This document shows, in pieces, positions 40,663-51,240 of a stretch of 64,000 nt of DNA. Numbering within the stretch: position 1 is the first letter of the stretch; each line of letters opens with the position of its first letter. The notes beneath the pieces were generated by a model, which did no database searches, was not told the DNA's origin, and saw only the letters and a program-made list of their open reading frames with translations. The stretch lies in contig DHVG01000002.1 of the NCBI GenBank assembly GCA_002412545.1, positions 130,095 to 194,094 of the forward strand, read 5' to 3'. Both the position numbers and the translations under genes were made by a program. Origin of the DNA: Elusimicrobia bacterium UBA5214 (GTDB lineage Bacteria; Elusimicrobiota; UBA5214).

Positions 40663-41020
40663 GTAATTCTTTTACTTTTTGTAACAATTCGTTAGGTCTA
40701 AACGGTTTAGTCAGATAATAATTTGCACCAGCTTTTTCACCCCACATTTTATCCTCTTCTTGACTTTTTGCGGTGAGCATAATGATTGGGGTATGCCGGT
40801 AATTTTCATCAAATTTAAGTAATCGGCAGACCTGATACCCGTCTAATCCCGGGAGCATTAAATCTAAGATGATTAAATCGGGCAATTCAGTTTTTGCTTT
40901 TTTGTAGCCCTCGTTTCCATCGGTTGCGGTAAGGACATTGTAGCCGTTAGCTTCCAGTCGCATTTTTATGGTTTCTAAGATATCCGGTTCATCATCAACA
41001 ACTAAAATTTTTTTCGGCAT
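40640..41020 (-). CDS. single-domain response regulator
   Basis: VVDD, ILDLMLP, MLTA, KPF. Confidence 0.92.
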   Translation of the reverse strand: MPKKILVVDDEPDILETIKMRLEANGYNVLTATDGNEGYKKAKTELPDLIILDLMLPGLDGYQVCRLLKFDENYRHTPIIMLTAKSQEEDKMWGEKAGANYYLTKPFRPNELLQKVKELLGETQNG

Positions 41021-41023
41021 TTT

Positions 41024-42655
41024 TTATTCCCGAGGGAGAAGAAAACTAAATTTGCTACCTTTCCCGAGTTCACTCTCTGCCCAGATTCTACCGTGATGTT
41101 TTTCAATAATTCCTTTACAAATAGCCAAGCCCAATCCCGTCCCTTTTATTTTTGTTTTGGCGGAAGAACGTACTTGATAAAATTTATCAAATATTTTTTC
41201 CAAGTCCTGGGACGGTATACCTATTCCGTTATCAACAATCTCAACTTGCACACCTTCTTCAGATATTCTTGCAATAACCTTGATTGTTCCATTTTCCGGG
41301 GTGAATTTTATTGCATTACCAATAAGATTAGTAATTACCTGATTAATTCTATCCGAGTCAATATTTATCTCGGGTAAGTTCGCATCGGCATCAATGAATA
41401 AGGAGATATTTTTTTTACTTGCCGATTCATTCAAAAAGAGGACAATATCTTTGATTAACTGGTTAAGATTAGTTTTTTCTTTTTTCAATTCCAATCTATT
41501 TGCTTCAATTCGTGAAATATCCAGAAGGTCATCAATGAGTCGGCCTAAACGGTCAATATTACGATTGATGATGAGTAATGAACTCTTCTGGTATTCGCTT
41601 ACTTCACCGGCAATACCATCAAGTAAGTTGTCCATTGCTCCTCTGATTGCGGTTAAAGGTGTGCGTAACTCGTGTGAGACCATAGAAACGAAATCCGACT
41701 TCATCTGGTCAATTTTTCGTTCTTCAGTAACATCACGCAAAATTAGCAGTGTGCCAATCTTTTTATCTTCTCTATCTTTTACGGTAGTCATTTCAAACCG
41801 GACAATTCTTGGATACGGTTGGAACAAATCTATTTCCTTAATTGTAGGTTTATCCATTTCTTCTTTAAGCGTTTCCCAGGAAGTTGAAATATTCAATTCT
41901 CTAAATCGCTGGTTCACTTTCGTTATATCTAATTTTTCATTCTTGTTGAAGCCAAGCATTTCTCTTGCGGTTGGATTGTGAATAATCAATTCATCCTTTT
42001 CGTCAGTCATAATTACTCCTTCGGACATATTTTCTACCATTATTCTCATCTTGCTTTTTTCTGCCGAAATTACTGCCTGTAATCGTTCAATCGCACCCGA
42101 TGCCTGGCTAGCAATAGTGTAAAGAAGTTTTATTGTCTCTTCCGGATATTCTATTTCCCTAATACTACCAATATTTAAAATACCGACGATTTCATCCCGC
42201 ACAAAGAGAGGTACATCAAATGAAGATTTAACTTTTTGTTCTTTTACAATCAAATTTCCTGCTACTTTAGTTTTCAATTCCCAATCTTTTTGTTCTAAAT
42301 TGATATTCCGGAGAGCAAGAGTGTTAAACTTTATGATTAGATTATTTCTAATTTCTTCTAAGAAGGATTGTTCCGGATTAAAGGTAGTTCGGATTGATAT
42401 TTGCGGTTTCTCATCCTTACCAGCAATAAGTAAAGAAGCACAGAAATCGTAATTCACGACCCGATGGAGGGAATCCACCAAAAGATGAATAAGTTCATCG
42501 TAGTCAAGAGTATAACTTATGGCATTACTCAGTTCGTAGAGGATGGATAACTCAAAAATTCTTTGTTTTAATTCTTCTTTCAGGTGTCTATTTTCGGCAA
42601 TAATTTCTTCTTGGTTGGTAATCGGAATTATATCCGAAGAAGTATTTAACATCAC
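41024..42655 (-). CDS. GAF-PAS histidine kinase
   Basis: VSHELRTPL, NLIGNAIKF, DNGIGI, GTGLGL. Confidence 0.92.
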   Translation of the reverse strand: MMLNTSSDIIPITNQEEIIAENRHLKEELKQRIFELSILYELSNAISYTLDYDELIHLLVDSLHRVVNYDFCASLLIAGKDEKPQISIRTTFNPEQSFLEEIRNNLIIKFNTLALRNINLEQKDWELKTKVAGNLIVKEQKVKSSFDVPLFVRDEIVGILNIGSIREIEYPEETIKLLYTIASQASGAIERLQAVISAEKSKMRIMVENMSEGVIMTDEKDELIIHNPTAREMLGFNKNEKLDITKVNQRFRELNISTSWETLKEEMDKPTIKEIDLFQPYPRIVRFEMTTVKDREDKKIGTLLILRDVTEERKIDQMKSDFVSMVSHELRTPLTAIRGAMDNLLDGIAGEVSEYQKSSLLIINRNIDRLGRLIDDLLDISRIEANRLELKKEKTNLNQLIKDIVLFLNESASKKNISLFIDADANLPEINIDSDRINQVITNLIGNAIKFTPENGTIKVIARISEEGVQVEIVDNGIGIPSQDLEKIFDKFYQVRSSAKTKIKGTGLGLAICKGIIEKHHGRIWAESELGKGSKFSFLLPRE

Positions 42656-42656
42656 C

Positions 42657-43415
42657 TTATTCTATTTTTTGTTCTACACTTTTAAGGAAACCGAATATTT
42701 TTTCAATGTCCAAAGGTTTAGAAAGACAACCCCGAATACCGGATAATTGTTTTGCCTCCTCTAATTTTTCCGGATAACTGGTCATAAAGATAACTTGCGG
42801 TTTATTAGATACCTCTCTAAATTTTTGATATAATTTTATACCGCTGGTATCTTTGAGAACGATATCCAGAAAGATAAGGTCAAATTCCTTTTCTTTAATT
42901 AACTTTTCCGCCTGCTCACTGTTGTTTGCTACTTCAAAGGAGTAATTTTTTCTCCCTAAAAAATTGGAAAAGAAATCAAGCATATTCTCATCGTCATCAA
43001 CAACCAGGATGCGTGGTTTGGTCGTAAATTTACTCAACTGGATATCGCTGAGTATTGTATTAACTTGGGTGATATCAAAAGGCTTGTAGATTGAATCACG
43101 CACTCCTTCCTTTTTCGCTTGTTCCAGTGTTTCTTCTACGGCATAACCGGTCATCATTACTACCGGTATTTCGGGATTGATTTTCCGTATTTGCCGGTAT
43201 GTTTCTAAACCATCCATCCCCGGCATTTTTACATCCAAAAAACAAATATCAAAACTTTTTTCTTTCACTAATTCTACCCCACGGTAACCGTTTTCTGCCT
43301 CGGTTACTTCAACCCCTTGTGCCGATAAAAGACGACCAAAAAAAACACGGATAATTTTTTCATCGTCAATAACTAAAACTTTAAGTCCCGTTTTTGCCGT
43401 AGTCATGAAATTCAA
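42657..43415 (-). CDS. double receiver-domain protein
   Basis: Two REC domains (VIDDE..FLD..KPF; VVDDD..FLD..KPL). Confidence 0.9.
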   Translation of the reverse strand: MNFMTTAKTGLKVLVIDDEKIIRVFFGRLLSAQGVEVTEAENGYRGVELVKEKSFDICFLDVKMPGMDGLETYRQIRKINPEIPVVMMTGYAVEETLEQAKKEGVRDSIYKPFDITQVNTILSDIQLSKFTTKPRILVVDDDENMLDFFSNFLGRKNYSFEVANNSEQAEKLIKEKEFDLIFLDIVLKDTSGIKLYQKFREVSNKPQVIFMTSYPEKLEEAKQLSGIRGCLSKPLDIEKIFGFLKSVEQKIE

Positions 43416-43430
43416 CCCCCGTTTAAATAT

Positions 43431-43823
43431 TTATTTGCTTGTAGTGGAAGACTTTGCTTTGGCAATTTCTTCAATAACTTCAGCCAGTTCTTTAATCTCA
43501 AATGGTTTAAGAAAAAACCGATATGGATTTAACTTTTTTGCTTCTTCTTCTAATGTCTGTTTTGCACTGCTGGACATAATTACCACCGGTAATTCGGGCT
43601 TAATTTGTTTAATAATTTTTAAAGTTTCTACCCCGTCCATCTTGGGCATAACCGTATCCAGAAAGACAAGGTCATAAGTTTCTTGCTTTACTTTTTCAAT
43701 ACCATTCAATCCATTTTCTGCAATTTCGTATTTATACCCGTACTTCTGAATTAAACGGGATAATACCGCCTGGATTAATTCATCATCATCAATGATTAAG
43801 AGTAATAATGTTTTGCTATCCAT
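43431..43823 (-). CDS. single-domain response regulator
   Basis: IIDDD, FLD.VMP, KPF. Confidence 0.9.
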   Translation of the reverse strand: MDSKTLLLLIIDDDELIQAVLSRLIQKYGYKYEIAENGLNGIEKVKQETYDLVFLDTVMPKMDGVETLKIIKQIKPELPVVIMSSSAKQTLEEEAKKLNPYRFFLKPFEIKELAEVIEEIAKAKSSTTSK

Positions 43824-43842
43824 TAATTTAATTGCAAAGTAA

Positions 43843-45453
43843 TCATCCTTTCAAAATTGGTAAAGTAATTACAAATTTTGCACCTTTATCTTTACCTTCA
43901 CTTTCTACTCTAATGTTTCCTTGGTGTTTCTGAATGATTCCGTGGCTTACCGAAAGTCCTAATCCAGTTCCCTTGCCTACTTCTTTGGTAGTAAAAAACG
44001 GTTCAAAGATGTGTTTCAAATTCTCTTTTTCAATTCCTATACCGGTGTCAATAAAAGAAATTTCTATTGAATCCGGTTCTCTGAAGTATGTATTTATGGT
44101 TAAGGTGCCACCTTTAGGCATCGCTTGTTGTGCATTTACAATGATGTTCAAAAATACCTGTTGTAAATGACTTGTACTTGCATTTATAAAAGGTGAATTC
44201 TGAGCGTAATTCCTGACTATTTTTACATTAGCAAGTGTAATTTGATGTTCACATAACTTCAATGTTTCTTCAATTACTTCATTAACATTAGCCGGTTTAA
44301 AATCAAATTGGGATTGCCTGGAGAAACTTAACAAACTGGCAATAATCTTTTTACAGCGCTGAGCAGATTTCTCAATTTCTTTGAGGTCATTTTTCCAAGG
44401 AATATCGTTGGGTATTTCGTTAATAAGTATTTGGGCAAAACCCAGTATCCCGCTTAAAGGATTATTCAATTCATGAGCCGCTCCTCCGGCTAACTGCCCA
44501 AGAGCGGCTAATTTCTCCGATTGGATAAGTTTTGCTTGTGATATTTCAAGATTACGGCATACCTCTTTTAATTCGGTGATTTTCTCCTCTAATTTTTTAT
44601 AAAGATGTGCGTTTTCTATTGCCTGACTGATTTGAGCGACAAAAACCGAAACCATCTGAAGGTCAGTTTGACTAAAATTTTCTTTAGTTTGGGTCCTCGT
44701 CAGGTTGATTAACCCGAGGAGATTGTCCCCTCGTATTATTGGAAAAAGAATTGCCGAATTTGTTCCATTGTAATCTACAAATTTGTTAAATTCCGGATAG
44801 TTGCCGAATCCTTCAACTAAAAGTAAAGGTGCTCTTGTCTGTTTGGTCTTCTCAGCAATAATCTGACCGAGGGTTAACCTTTTTTCTTTCTCAATTTCTC
44901 CATCAAATCCAGAAGAAGCAGCAAGATAAAGTTTTTCTTGTTCGTCATAAAGCATAATTGATACCTCGTCAGCACGGAAAGTCCTAATACTTAAATCAAC
45001 GATTATATTCAGCAGGTCGTCTAACTTTAGCGAAGAGAATACTGCCCTACTTGTTTCGTAAAGGGCAAGGGTAAATTTTAATTCTTTCTTTTCTAAAACT
45101 TTTTCAATGAGAGTAGTTAATTCATCAATATTGAACGGTTTGGCGATGTAATCATAAGCACCCATTTTCATACATTCTACTGCCGTTTCTACCGTGCCGT
45201 AACCGGTAGCAACAATTGCTTCTATTGTCGGGTCAATTTTTTTTATTTCTTTCAAGGTTTCCGTGCCACTTAATTTTGGCATTTTTAAGTCAAGAATAAC
45301 CAAGTCAAACTTTCCTTGTTTAACTTTTTCTATTCCCTCAAGACCGTCAGCAGTGGTAACGATACTATACCCTCGTGAACCCAATTCAAAAGTAAGTAAA
45401 TCCCGCAACCCCCTTTCATCATCAATGACTAAAATTTTTTGTTTACTTCCCAT
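43843..45453 (-). CDS. REC-GAF-histidine kinase (NtrB-like)
   Basis: N-terminal [28 protein letters not shown]. Confidence 0.92.
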   Translation of the reverse strand: MGSKQKILVIDDERGLRDLLTFELGSRGYSIVTTADGLEGIEKVKQGKFDLVILDLKMPKLSGTETLKEIKKIDPTIEAIVATGYGTVETAVECMKMGAYDYIAKPFNIDELTTLIEKVLEKKELKFTLALYETSRAVFSSLKLDDLLNIIVDLSIRTFRADEVSIMLYDEQEKLYLAASSGFDGEIEKEKRLTLGQIIAEKTKQTRAPLLLVEGFGNYPEFNKFVDYNGTNSAILFPIIRGDNLLGLINLTRTQTKENFSQTDLQMVSVFVAQISQAIENAHLYKKLEEKITELKEVCRNLEISQAKLIQSEKLAALGQLAGGAAHELNNPLSGILGFAQILINEIPNDIPWKNDLKEIEKSAQRCKKIIASLLSFSRQSQFDFKPANVNEVIEETLKLCEHQITLANVKIVRNYAQNSPFINASTSHLQQVFLNIIVNAQQAMPKGGTLTINTYFREPDSIEISFIDTGIGIEKENLKHIFEPFFTTKEVGKGTGLGLSVSHGIIQKHQGNIRVESEGKDKGAKFVITLPILKG

Positions 45454-45833
45454 TAGTCCTTACCTCTTTGATAGACAGTAGATTTTTCGATTATAGTGAA
45501 TATCTCATTTATGTCAACCGGTTTATAAAGGCAGGTATAAGCACCGAGTTCTTTTGCCTTGTTTTCAAAAGTAAAGGCAGGGTCTGAACTGCTGCTGAAG
45601 ATCACTACAACCTGGGTCGGTCGTAATTGTTTGATAATTTTCAGTGCTTCCGGTCCTCGCATTCTCGGCATATGCACATCTAAAAAAATAATATCAAAAG
45701 TATCTTTTTTTACCATTTCTATACCTTCTAACCCATCGTTAGCGGTAAATACTTCAAAACCGTTTGGTTCTAAGAGAAATTTAAACAAATCCCGTATTCC
45801 TTGTTCGTCATCAACAACTAATATTTTTTTCAT
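45453..45833 (-). CDS. single-domain response regulator
   Basis: VVDDE, FLDVHMP, KP. Confidence 0.9.
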   Translation of the reverse strand: MKKILVVDDEQGIRDLFKFLLEPNGFEVFTANDGLEGIEMVKKDTFDIIFLDVHMPRMRGPEALKIIKQLRPTQVVVIFSSSSDPAFTFENKAKELGAYTCLYKPVDINEIFTIIEKSTVYQRGKD

Positions 45834-45932
45834 TTCCGATTTCCGATTTTAGATTTACGATGTCAATCGTCAATCAACAATCATCAATCACTAAATCGGT
45901 AGTTTTCTCGTAAAAGTTGTTCCTTTCTTTGA

Positions 45933-47507
45933 CTACTCCGCTAAGAGTTTACTGATTCTCTTGCCTAATTCTTCAATCTCAAACGGCTTGGAAAGATAAT
46001 CGTTGGCGCCAGCAGTGAATATCTTTTCCCGATTTTCCGGTGAATCATAACCGGTAATGGCTAAAATTTTTATTCCTTTAGTTTTTTCGTTACTGCGGAT
46101 ATTCCGGCAGACTTGAAAACCGTCAATTCCCGGAAGCAATAGGTCAAGAATCATTAGGTCTGGGTTAAACTCAAGAACTGCCTGCCCAGCACGGAAGCCA
46201 TCAGTAGCCGAGGTAAACTGGTATTTTTCCGGGAATTTTTTCAAAAAAGCAATTGCCAGGTTAATAATTGCCCGGTCATCATCCACAACGAGTACTTTTT
46301 TCTTTTCCTTTTCAGTGAATTCTTCAATAATAGGGAGTTTAATGGTGAAAGTTGTTCCTTTACCTTTTTCACTCTCAAAATCAATTGTTCCATTATGTTT
46401 CTGCATTATTTCATAACATAAACTTAGACCTAAACCAGTTCCTTTACCCGGTTCTTTGGTTGTGAAAAATGGTTCAAAAATTTTATGTTTGACTTCTTCC
46501 GGGATACCTGCCCCGGTATCTTCTACACGAATTTCCACGAATTTCCCCTCACCTTCCACCTTTGCTAAAGCTACGGTGGACAGGTTTTCCTCTCCCTCAA
46601 GGGGAGAGGGGATGGTGAGGGTGGTGGTTATGGTTATTGTTCCACCATCGGGCATTACATCAAGAGCATTGTTCGCCAAATTCATAATTACCTGTTGGAT
46701 TTGGTTACGGTTGGCAAAAATCATTGGTAAATCAGGGGCATATTTTTTGGTTATTACAACATTGCGCATTTTTGCTTGATGTTCAACCAGTAACAAGGTT
46801 TCTTCAACTGCTTGGTTTATTTCCATTGATGTTTTCCCGGTTCCGCTTGAACGCGAGAAAACCAAAAGATTTTGCACTAAGGTCTTACAGCGCAGCGCTT
46901 CTCTTTCAATTGAGGACAAAGGCAGATAAAGAGGATTATTCTGGTCAATTCGTTTCATTACACTCTGGGCAAAACCTAAGATTACACCCATCGGATTATT
47001 TATTTCGTGAGCGATACCACCAGCTAATTGACCGATTGCCGCCATCTTGTCCGATTGAATAAGTTTAGCTTGCGTTTCTTTCAACTGTTTATTTGCTTCC
47101 TCAACATCTTCTAAGATATTGAGTATTGCTTTTCGGTCGTTGCTTAATTCAGCGATTTCTTTTTCTCTTTCTTCAATCATTGTCCAGATTAGTTTTGCCG
47201 AGGCACCTTTTAAAAGTTCTACACCGGGAGGTAACATTTTACTTAACGATTTTTCAACTTCGGGGTTACCGGTTACCTCAATAACTGTATTGAGACCACT
47301 AATTTTTAAGAAGGGGGAGAAATCTTTCCCGGTCGGTAGTCCCAATTCTTTTGCTAATTTGATTCCCGGTGCGTCATCATTAGTGTCCACAATGCCGCAA
47401 ATATTTAACCACGGTTCTTTATGAAATAACTCAATTAATGCCTTTCCACCTTTCCCGGCGCCGATAATTAAAACATTTATTTTTTTGTCCATTTGCATTA
47501 TTCTCAC
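45933..47507 (-). CDS. hybrid histidine kinase with N-terminal Rossmann-like domain and C-terminal REC
   Basis: [29 protein letters not shown]. Confidence 0.9.
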   Translation of the reverse strand: MRIMQMDKKINVLIIGAGKGGKALIELFHKEPWLNICGIVDTNDDAPGIKLAKELGLPTGKDFSPFLKISGLNTVIEVTGNPEVEKSLSKMLPPGVELLKGASAKLIWTMIEEREKEIAELSNDRKAILNILEDVEEANKQLKETQAKLIQSDKMAAIGQLAGGIAHEINNPMGVILGFAQSVMKRIDQNNPLYLPLSSIEREALRCKTLVQNLLVFSRSSGTGKTSMEINQAVEETLLLVEHQAKMRNVVITKKYAPDLPMIFANRNQIQQVIMNLANNALDVMPDGGTITITTTLTIPSPLEGEENLSTVALAKVEGEGKFVEIRVEDTGAGIPEEVKHKIFEPFFTTKEPGKGTGLGLSLCYEIMQKHNGTIDFESEKGKGTTFTIKLPIIEEFTEKEKKKVLVVDDDRAIINLAIAFLKKFPEKYQFTSATDGFRAGQAVLEFNPDLMILDLLLPGIDGFQVCRNIRSNEKTKGIKILAITGYDSPENREKIFTAGANDYLSKPFEIEELGKRISKLLAE

Positions 47508-47508
47508 C

Positions 47509-48534
47509 TCAGCTTCCTATTCTTGCTTTAAGTTGAGCAATTTCATTTTTCAGTTCAACCATTTTCAGTTCCCGTCCAACGACCGTCTTTTTCCAGCGCT
47601 GTAATTCATCAAATTCTTTTTTCAATTCATCTCTTGATGCTTCTAATTCCTTTGTCCGTTCTTTGACTCTTTGTTCTAAGAAAAGATTAGCCGCTTTTAA
47701 TTCTTCGGTAGTTATCTGCAGTTTTTCTGCCATTGAATTGAAAGAATTAGCAAGTTTACCGATTTCGTCTTTTGATTTTATTTTGGCTCTTACTGCGAGA
47801 TTACCCCCGGCGATTATTTCGGTAACCACGGCTAACTGGTCAAGAGGACGAGTTATTCCTGAAGAGAGAAGGAAAGAAATAACCGCACTAATAACTATAA
47901 ATAAGAAAATAAAACCTATACTGGAAATAAAAATCTTGTTTCTTTCTATTCCAATCCCTTTAAGGGAGAAACCAATTTTTACTAATCCAAGAGCATTTAT
48001 TTTGCCTTCTCCTTGCTCCGATTCTAATGCTTTTTCTACGACCGTCCCCGCAGAAGGGATAATTAAACTACAGACCTCAAGGAATTTACCTTCTTTTTTA
48101 CTCCGCTGATGATAATGAATACTTGGTTTTGCTGTAGAAATGGTCTCTCGGTCAAGTTCATCTTGATATACTTTCCCAATTTCTTGAGGGTTACTATGGG
48201 CTAAGACATTACCGGTGTTGTCCATAATTGATATATAAGCCACATTAGGGTCAAGAGCAAAAGATTGGACTAAAGAATTGAGTCGGTCCGCATTTCCCAG
48301 ATATAAATCTACCGCACTTGATGAACTTAATATCTCAATTAAATGCATTCCATGCTCGTGCATATTTTTTATTAAAACATTTCTTATTTGAAGAAGAAAA
48401 AAAATGCTTAAAGTAAGTCCAATCATTCCGGTTAGAAATGATGAAAAAAGGAATAATTTTGTCTTTAGACTGTTTAGAAGATGATAACCCTTTTTTTCTG
48501 AAGATTGCTGACTAATTTGTTCTTCTTTATTCAT
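47509..48534 (-). CDS. membrane sensor with periplasmic (Cache-like) and HAMP domains, no kinase domain
   Basis: Two TM helices, DEIG.LA.SFN.M HAMP, coiled coil ending GRELKMVELK. Confidence 0.82.
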   Translation of the reverse strand: MNKEEQISQQSSEKKGYHLLNSLKTKLFLFSSFLTGMIGLTLSIFFLLQIRNVLIKNMHEHGMHLIEILSSSSAVDLYLGNADRLNSLVQSFALDPNVAYISIMDNTGNVLAHSNPQEIGKVYQDELDRETISTAKPSIHYHQRSKKEGKFLEVCSLIIPSAGTVVEKALESEQGEGKINALGLVKIGFSLKGIGIERNKIFISSIGFIFLFIVISAVISFLLSSGITRPLDQLAVVTEIIAGGNLAVRAKIKSKDEIGKLANSFNSMAEKLQITTEELKAANLFLEQRVKERTKELEASRDELKKEFDELQRWKKTVVGRELKMVELKNEIAQLKARIGS

Positions 48535-48537
48535 CTT

Positions 48538-49110
48538 TTATTCCTCCAGTAATTTGGCGATTCTCTCGCTTAATTCTTCGGTACCAAACGGTTTAGGAAG
48601 ATAATCGTCAGCACCGGCAGCAAATATCTTTTCCCGATTTTCCGGCGAATCATAGCCGGTGATTGCTAAAATTTTCATTTCTTTTGTCTTTTCATTACTG
48701 CGGATATTCCGACAGACCTGGAAACCATCAATTCCGGGAAGCATTAAATCAAGAATGATTAAATCCGGTTCAAATTCAGAAAGTTTTTGCCCGGCTTGGA
48801 AACCATCCATAGCCGAAGCAAACTGATATTTTTCCGGTAATTTTTTCAAAAAACGAGTGATAAGATTAATAATCGCTTGGTCGTCATCAACAACTAAAAT
48901 TTTTTTTCTACCATCCTCAAGTAATTCTTTGGGAATAGGCATAGCGTATTTTTTCAAGAATTCAAGTAAGTCATCTTTTCTTACCCGGCGATGTCCTCCG
49001 GGTGTGTAGAAAGCTTTGAGTTCACCGGCATCAATCCAATCAGCTACGGTGGTAGGAGAAGCACCACAAATTTCACTGATATCAAAAGTGCTGTATGTTT
49101 TTTCCGCCAT
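48538..49110 (-). CDS. excisionase/MerR-like HTH + receiver response regulator
   Basis: YST..I...CG.S..TV..WID.G.LKA..TPGGHRR plus REC. Confidence 0.88.
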   Translation of the reverse strand: MAEKTYSTFDISEICGASPTTVADWIDAGELKAFYTPGGHRRVRKDDLLEFLKKYAMPIPKELLEDGRKKILVVDDDQAIINLITRFLKKLPEKYQFASAMDGFQAGQKLSEFEPDLIILDLMLPGIDGFQVCRNIRSNEKTKEMKILAITGYDSPENREKIFAAGADDYLPKPFGTEELSERIAKLLEE

Positions 49111-49147
49111 TTATTTACCGCTTTTGCTGTTTTTACCGCTTAATCAG

Positions 49148-49175
49148 ATTATACCGCTTTTACTGTTTTTGTCAA
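49148..49175 (-). promoter_or_regulatory. sigma70 promoter of the signalling cluster
   Basis: TTGACA (49175-49170) - 16 nt - TATAAT (49153-49148). Confidence 0.65.
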
Positions 49176-49229
49176 GGGTTTTTTGGAAAGATTTTTTTGC
49201 TGCAGAGGAACCCTAAAGTGTGGGTAAGT

Positions 49230-50066
49230 TTAGATGGTTAACCGGGTAGGTTTTTTCTGGTTAAGTTTTATTTTTCCGTTAGCAAGATTTTTTATGGTAG
49301 AAATGATTAAAGGGAACTCTCTTTTTAAACCTTCAGCACGGATTTTTTTGAAAAGTGGCTCATTTTCACCTTCCTCTTCAATAATCCGCTCTAAAGTTTT
49401 AGGAGTAAACATCTTCACAATTTCTTTCCCCTTCCTTTTATCCTTCCCCACTTGTGGGGGAGGGAGAGGATGGGGGGGTGTTTTCAGTTTCGCCTCCAAC
49501 TGTCTCCGCAAACGGTCAAATTCTTTACCCACAATTGGATAGGTGCAATAACTGATTGGAGGACCAGCGTCAAGTTCGGGAGTGACTAAATGCATCATTA
49601 CCCCCGATTCTTTTTCTTTATTTCTAATCAGTTGCCAGATTACTTCCTGCCAGGTGCCTTTCGGTCCACCCGGTTTTGCTGGGTGTAAGTTTATCATTTT
49701 ATACCTTCGGCAAATTTCAGCATTGACAATTAACATATATCCAGCAAGAACAATCAGGTCAACTGGATATTTTTCAATGAGTTTGATTACTTGATGATGA
49801 TATTCGGTACGCCATTTTCCCAGGTTTTCTTTCCGTAAATCCGGTTTAAATTTTAATGCAGAAAAAGTTACCAAAGGAAATTCGTATTTCTTTACTAAAG
49901 CAAAAAATTTATCGCTTTCCGGATTTTCACCTTCTTCACGGTTAGAAAAAACGAAACTAATTTCCGTATTTAGTATTTCGTTTTTTGTAATTTGTTTAAC
50001 CACCGTATTTAATAAATCCCTTGCTGCTTTATCTCTTCCGGTTGAAAACCAACCAATTTTATACAT
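49230..50066 (-). CDS. purN: phosphoribosylglycinamide formyltransferase-like protein (divergent PurN)
   Basis: VFSNRE, VLAGYMLI, INLHPA, HLVTPELDAGP; purine operon context. Confidence 0.78.
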   Translation of the reverse strand: MYKIGWFSTGRDKAARDLLNTVVKQITKNEILNTEISFVFSNREEGENPESDKFFALVKKYEFPLVTFSALKFKPDLRKENLGKWRTEYHHQVIKLIEKYPVDLIVLAGYMLIVNAEICRRYKMINLHPAKPGGPKGTWQEVIWQLIRNKEKESGVMMHLVTPELDAGPPISYCTYPIVGKEFDRLRRQLEAKLKTPPHPLPPPQVGKDKRKGKEIVKMFTPKTLERIIEEEGENEPLFKKIRAEGLKREFPLIISTIKNLANGKIKLNQKKPTRLTI

Positions 50067-50214
50067 ATCTAATCCTTACTGTCTCGGTACAACTCTCAAA
50101 AATTCAGTCAACGCTTTTGCACTTTGCTTTTGTTCACTACGTTTCAGAAAAAAGGTGGTTAGGTGGCTAAGTGGTCAGGTAGTTAGTTTAAACCTAATAA
50201 CTTCCTTACTTCAC

Positions 50215-51183
50215 TTACTCACTTAACCACTTAACCACTTTTTGTAGCGCTTCTCTCGTTGGATACCTATTCCTACCGTAACCAGTAATACTTACTTCAG
50301 CTAATTTTGTTCCTAATTGACCACATTTCTTGAGCGCTAAATTCAAGAGTAACCCGGCTAAGAAACCGGCAGCGTAAACATCACCGGCACCGGTTGGGTC
50401 AGCAACTTTAACTTTTTTGTCCGTAGGGATTTCATACTCCTCATTTTTATTTAAGATATATGACCCTTTAGCCCCGAGCGTGCAAACAACTATTTTCGCC
50501 CCATGGTTTAAGAGAATTTTTGCTCCTTGTTTATAGTTTTCTCCAGTTAATAATCTCACTTCTTCTTCACTGGGGAAAATTATATAACTCTTTTCAATTA
50601 TTGGTAAAAGTGCTTTTAAACCTTTTTGGGCATAACATCTTCCCGGGTCAAAACTTAGGCGGCAAGTGCCGCCAGACATTTTCTTAACTAATCTTTTTTG
50701 TGCCTGGAAAGGTAAATCACCAGTAAAAGAAGTTAAATGCAGAAATTTTGTTTTCCGTGCATAAGTAAGGTCAATTTCTTCGTAAGTCAAGGTATTATTA
50801 CTGTTCGGCAAAATATGAATAATTCGTTCTTTACCATCTACCAGGACAAGACAAATACCGCTTTTTTTACCGAAACAAATTCTACTTGTATCTACAGGTG
50901 AAAGGTTTTTAATGAGGAATTTTCCTTCCTCATTTTTGCCCACTTTACCCAGATAGCCGGTCTTAAATCCCATTCTTGCTAAAGCATAGACCGTATTTGC
51001 TGCTGAACCACCACCACTTTTTAGTTTCAATTCTGCTTTTTCACGCAAGAGTTTTTTTAGTTCCTCAAACCTATCTCCGCTAATTGCAGTTTCACTAATT
51101 TTAAGTTCCTTGAGTAAATTTTCGTCTTTAACTTTGTAGATTAAATCTAAATTTATTGCCCCAAAACCAATTACATCTTTCAT
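50215..51183 (-). CDS. PfkB-family carbohydrate/nucleoside kinase
   Basis: GGSAAN, SFDPG, TLGAKG, DPTGAGD. Confidence 0.9.
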   Translation of the reverse strand: MKDVIGFGAINLDLIYKVKDENLLKELKISETAISGDRFEELKKLLREKAELKLKSGGGSAANTVYALARMGFKTGYLGKVGKNEEGKFLIKNLSPVDTSRICFGKKSGICLVLVDGKERIIHILPNSNNTLTYEEIDLTYARKTKFLHLTSFTGDLPFQAQKRLVKKMSGGTCRLSFDPGRCYAQKGLKALLPIIEKSYIIFPSEEEVRLLTGENYKQGAKILLNHGAKIVVCTLGAKGSYILNKNEEYEIPTDKKVKVADPTGAGDVYAAGFLAGLLLNLALKKCGQLGTKLAEVSITGYGRNRYPTREALQKVVKWLSE

Positions 51184-51240
51184 TTTTATAAATTGATTAC
51201 AAAGATTCTAAGGTTAGTACTGATAATTCGTATCGCTATC

